Assembly: GCA_043812195.1 (NCBI GenBank)
Contig: JBDRML010000016.1
Coordinates: forward strand, 1 to 64,000
DNA length: 64,000 bases
Direction of reading: 5' to 3'
From: Candidatus Woesearchaeota archaeon
GTDB lineage: Archaea; Nanobdellota; Nanobdellia; SCGC-AAA011-G17; PNOQ01
Shown: positions 62,165 to 64,000 of the stretch, in pieces
Numbering within the stretch: the first letter of the stretch is position 1
Layout: every line of letters begins with the position of its first letter
The notes under the pieces: generated by a model
Databases searched by the model: none
What the model was told of the DNA's origin: nothing
The model's input: the letters and a program-made list of their open reading frames with translations, nothing else
Position numbers and translations under genes: made by a program

Positions 62165-62465
62165 GTTTTCTTTTGATTTCTTCTTTATAGGTGGGTATTA
62201 AACTTTTTATTTTATCGATTGCTTTTTGTTGATCCCTTTTAGTGCTTATAGCAATTAAAAAAACTACAACATGTTCTTCATAAATTAGATAGTATATTCT
62301 ATGGTTTTTAATTTTCTTCTCTCTGAAGAATTTATAACCTAAAGATCTACCAACGTAGGGATTCATTTCTAATTGTTCAATTTCGTTATCGATCATTATT
62401 TGAAGAGATTTATCTAATCTATCAAAATACTTATCATATTCATCTGTAGTGAATATATTGTACAT
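62154..62465 (-). CDS. RelE/ParE-family toxin
   Basis: LEMNPYVGRSL..FFREKKI..RIYYLI..VVFLIAIS.KRDQQ. Confidence 0.8.
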   Translation of the reverse strand: MYNIFTTDEYDKYFDRLDKSLQIMIDNEIEQLEMNPYVGRSLGYKFFREKKIKNHRIYYLIYEEHVVVFLIAISTKRDQQKAIDKIKSLIPTYKEEIKRKLNL

Positions 62466-62537
62466 ATGAAATCAGTAATGGCTTATTGTTTTTAAATTAT
62501 TTGATTTCAGTGGTGGGATTTCGACCTAAACATAGGA

Positions 62538-62652
62538 CGCCGCGACTGGGATTCGAACCCAGATATCCTTTCGGAAACAGGTTTTCAAGACTTACGCTTC
62601 AAAGATATTAAATCACTTGAATCTGCGCGATACCAGATTACGCGATCGCGGC
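62538..62652 (-). tRNA. tRNA-Ser(TGA) with 31-nt intron at non-canonical position 29/30 (62592-62622)
   Basis: GCCGCGA/TCGCGGC acceptor, G73, long variable arm; removing the intron gives a perfect CAGGT-CTTGAAA-ACCTG arm; BHB-type junction (GCGC/GCGT helix, TTCAA/TTGAA intron helix). Confidence 0.88.
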
Positions 62653-63229
62653 ATAAACTTTGTAAAACCATGTTGCTTTCAGCCATATTTAAATTTAACT
62701 GATATGAAAAATATTTGTTTTTTTGTATAACAGCTTTAACAGGTTTATTAAATCCCAATAAACTTTCAGTTATCTTGCCTATATCCAATAATAAACCCCT
62801 ACTAGCCATATGAAATAATACTCTCCCTCTTTTATTTATCACTCTATCTGTTAATAATAATCCAAGGAAAAAATATTTTTTAACTTTCCTACATGAATTC
62901 AATATTAAATTCGGAACCCTTACAATAGATGCTTTCTTTCCTGAAGGAATATTCAATTCATTTACTAAATAATCAAACATTGATCTTGAGTATTTAAAAA
63001 ATTCATAGATAGTCTTTCTATTTGACCTAGTTCTATTTATTATCTTTCCTTTCTCACCAAATAAATCAAAGTATAAATTATAAAATAAGTCAACTAAAGA
63101 TTAGAAGTATTATAGAACATAATTGAATAAGTAAGATAACCAGATCCATTCATTACGGTTAGAAATACTACCATCTCCGATTACCATCCCCAAAAAAAGA
63201 GCTAATTTATTAATATTTATATCTTCCAC
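62585..63229 (-). pseudogene. Frameshifted double-motif LAGLIDADG homing-endonuclease-like gene overlapping the tRNA 5' half
   Basis: From GTG 63229: LALFLGMVIGDGSI (motif 1); after about 3 frameshifts ..IPSGKKA..VRVPNLI..KYFFLGLLLTDRV (degenerate motif 2). Confidence 0.72.
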
Positions 63230-63300
63230 GCCATCCTATAGATTTACAGATTTATAAATTCTGAACCAACATATGATAAAATTTCGGAAAATCTTTTTAT

Positions 63301-63984
63301 TTAAAATATTCCAACTAAATGGTAAACTAACTTAGTAGAAACAGCAATTGCATCATCATAATCAATAAATTCTAAGATAATACAGTCATTATCTGTTAAA
63401 TAAATCTGATTCTCATCCCCTTTCTCAAATAATATTATGGTTCTCCCATTACCAGAATCATCACATGTTCTTACAGGAATATCTATATCTTGTGTAAACT
63501 CATTCTCTTCAGTCAACGCACTAATAGTATTTATCTTAAAAACAGCAGGCTCAACACCAGTACTTAATATTCTCTGAGCAGTCAATATAGCAATTGCCAT
63601 TTTTCCATCTGATTCAATATCAAGATCAACATCTCTAGTAATATAAATATTCTTAGTTTTAGACTTATTAAATATTAAATCATTTATAGTATCATCTAAA
63701 GGGATACCTTCTAACTCTTCAGGACCATATTCAAAGGGAACCTTATACTCCTTTCTAAATTGAGGTACATTATTAACTGTTCTATAATCAATCCAAAAAG
63801 ATACTATATGTATCGGTTTTCCAGTATGTTTATCTACACTTATATTATATTCAATCCCATCAGCCCCAAGATAGCTATACTCATAGGAAATTCTAGATAA
63901 AGTAGGCACAAAAATAACTATTAAAAGTAAAACAACTAAAACAATAATACCTATTGTTATATTTCTTCCCTGTTTTTTATCCAT
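63301..63984 (-). CDS. Membrane-anchored hypothetical protein
   Basis: N-terminal TM; C-terminal RTCDD..DCIIL..KLVYHLVGIF. Confidence 0.7.
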   Translation of the reverse strand: MDKKQGRNITIGIIVLVVLLLIVIFVPTLSRISYEYSYLGADGIEYNISVDKHTGKPIHIVSFWIDYRTVNNVPQFRKEYKVPFEYGPEELEGIPLDDTINDLIFNKSKTKNIYITRDVDLDIESDGKMAIAILTAQRILSTGVEPAVFKINTISALTEENEFTQDIDIPVRTCDDSGNGRTIILFEKGDENQIYLTDNDCIILEFIDYDDAIAVSTKLVYHLVGIF

Positions 63985-64000
63985 TTTTAAACAATAATCC

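Larger units (their letters stand above)
61820..62550. mobile_element. ~0.7-kb mini-element integrated at the 3' end of tRNA-Ser(TGA)
   Basis: 14-bp direct repeat ACGCCGCGACTGGG (61820-61833, 62537-62550); 16-bp inverted repeats 61842-61857 and 62516-62531 (15/16 match); carries a TA pair. Confidence 0.75.

Noticed and set aside
62505-62531. GGTCGAAATCCCACCAC as a second tRNA fragment
   Set aside because: T-arm similarity is weak; it is better explained as one arm of the 16-bp inverted repeat.
62538-62652. tRNA-Leu(CAA) with a canonical 37/38 intron
   Set aside because: Gives a mismatched anticodon stem. G73, the GCCG acceptor and the BHB-type junction at 29/30 all support Ser(TGA).
62585-62980. 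131-aa ORF as an intact standalone gene
   Set aside because: It is the last segment of a frameshifted LAGLIDADG-like gene beginning at about 63229.
1-64000. CRISPR array, rRNA, intact integrase or transposase
   Set aside because: No regularly spaced repeats, rRNA-like sequence or recombinase motifs were seen; repeats in 1.6-5 kb are protein-level Cys modules.

Overview
AT-rich archaeal DNA, most likely a DPANN (Woesearchaeota/Pacearchaeota-like) genome. The archaeal evidence is aglB, trm56, BHB tRNA introns, GAGGTGA Shine-Dalgarno sites and TATA boxes; the lineage itself is inference. The left end holds three large secreted or surface proteins (fibrinogen-like, Cys-rich beta-helix, PKD), trm56, secF/secD and tRNA-Ser(CGA). 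About 11-57 kb is an aglB-anchored surface-glycosylation supercluster: GT2/GT4/GT-C transferases, methyltransferases, flippases, gmd, and a nonulosonic-acid (NeuABC/Leg-like) pathway with extra tailoring enzymes. It is interrupted by a toxin-antitoxin islet, an IS66-type MITE and gene remnants. Inside the cluster a PhnDCE transporter is translationally coupled to a cytidylyltransferase and flanked by three CDP-alcohol phosphotransferases, with no phosphonate synthesis or degradation genes in the window. This is a candidate 'import, activate and display' phosphonate/phosphoester system. The right end holds a very heavily N-glycosylated surface protein and a tRNA-Ser(TGA) hotspot. That tRNA has a non-canonical 29/30 BHB intron, a decayed LAGLIDADG gene reading into its 5' half, and a ~0.7 kb mini-element at its 3' end with a 14-bp duplication, inverted repeats and a convergent RelE/antitoxin pair. 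All calls come from reading motifs by eye; no database searches were run.
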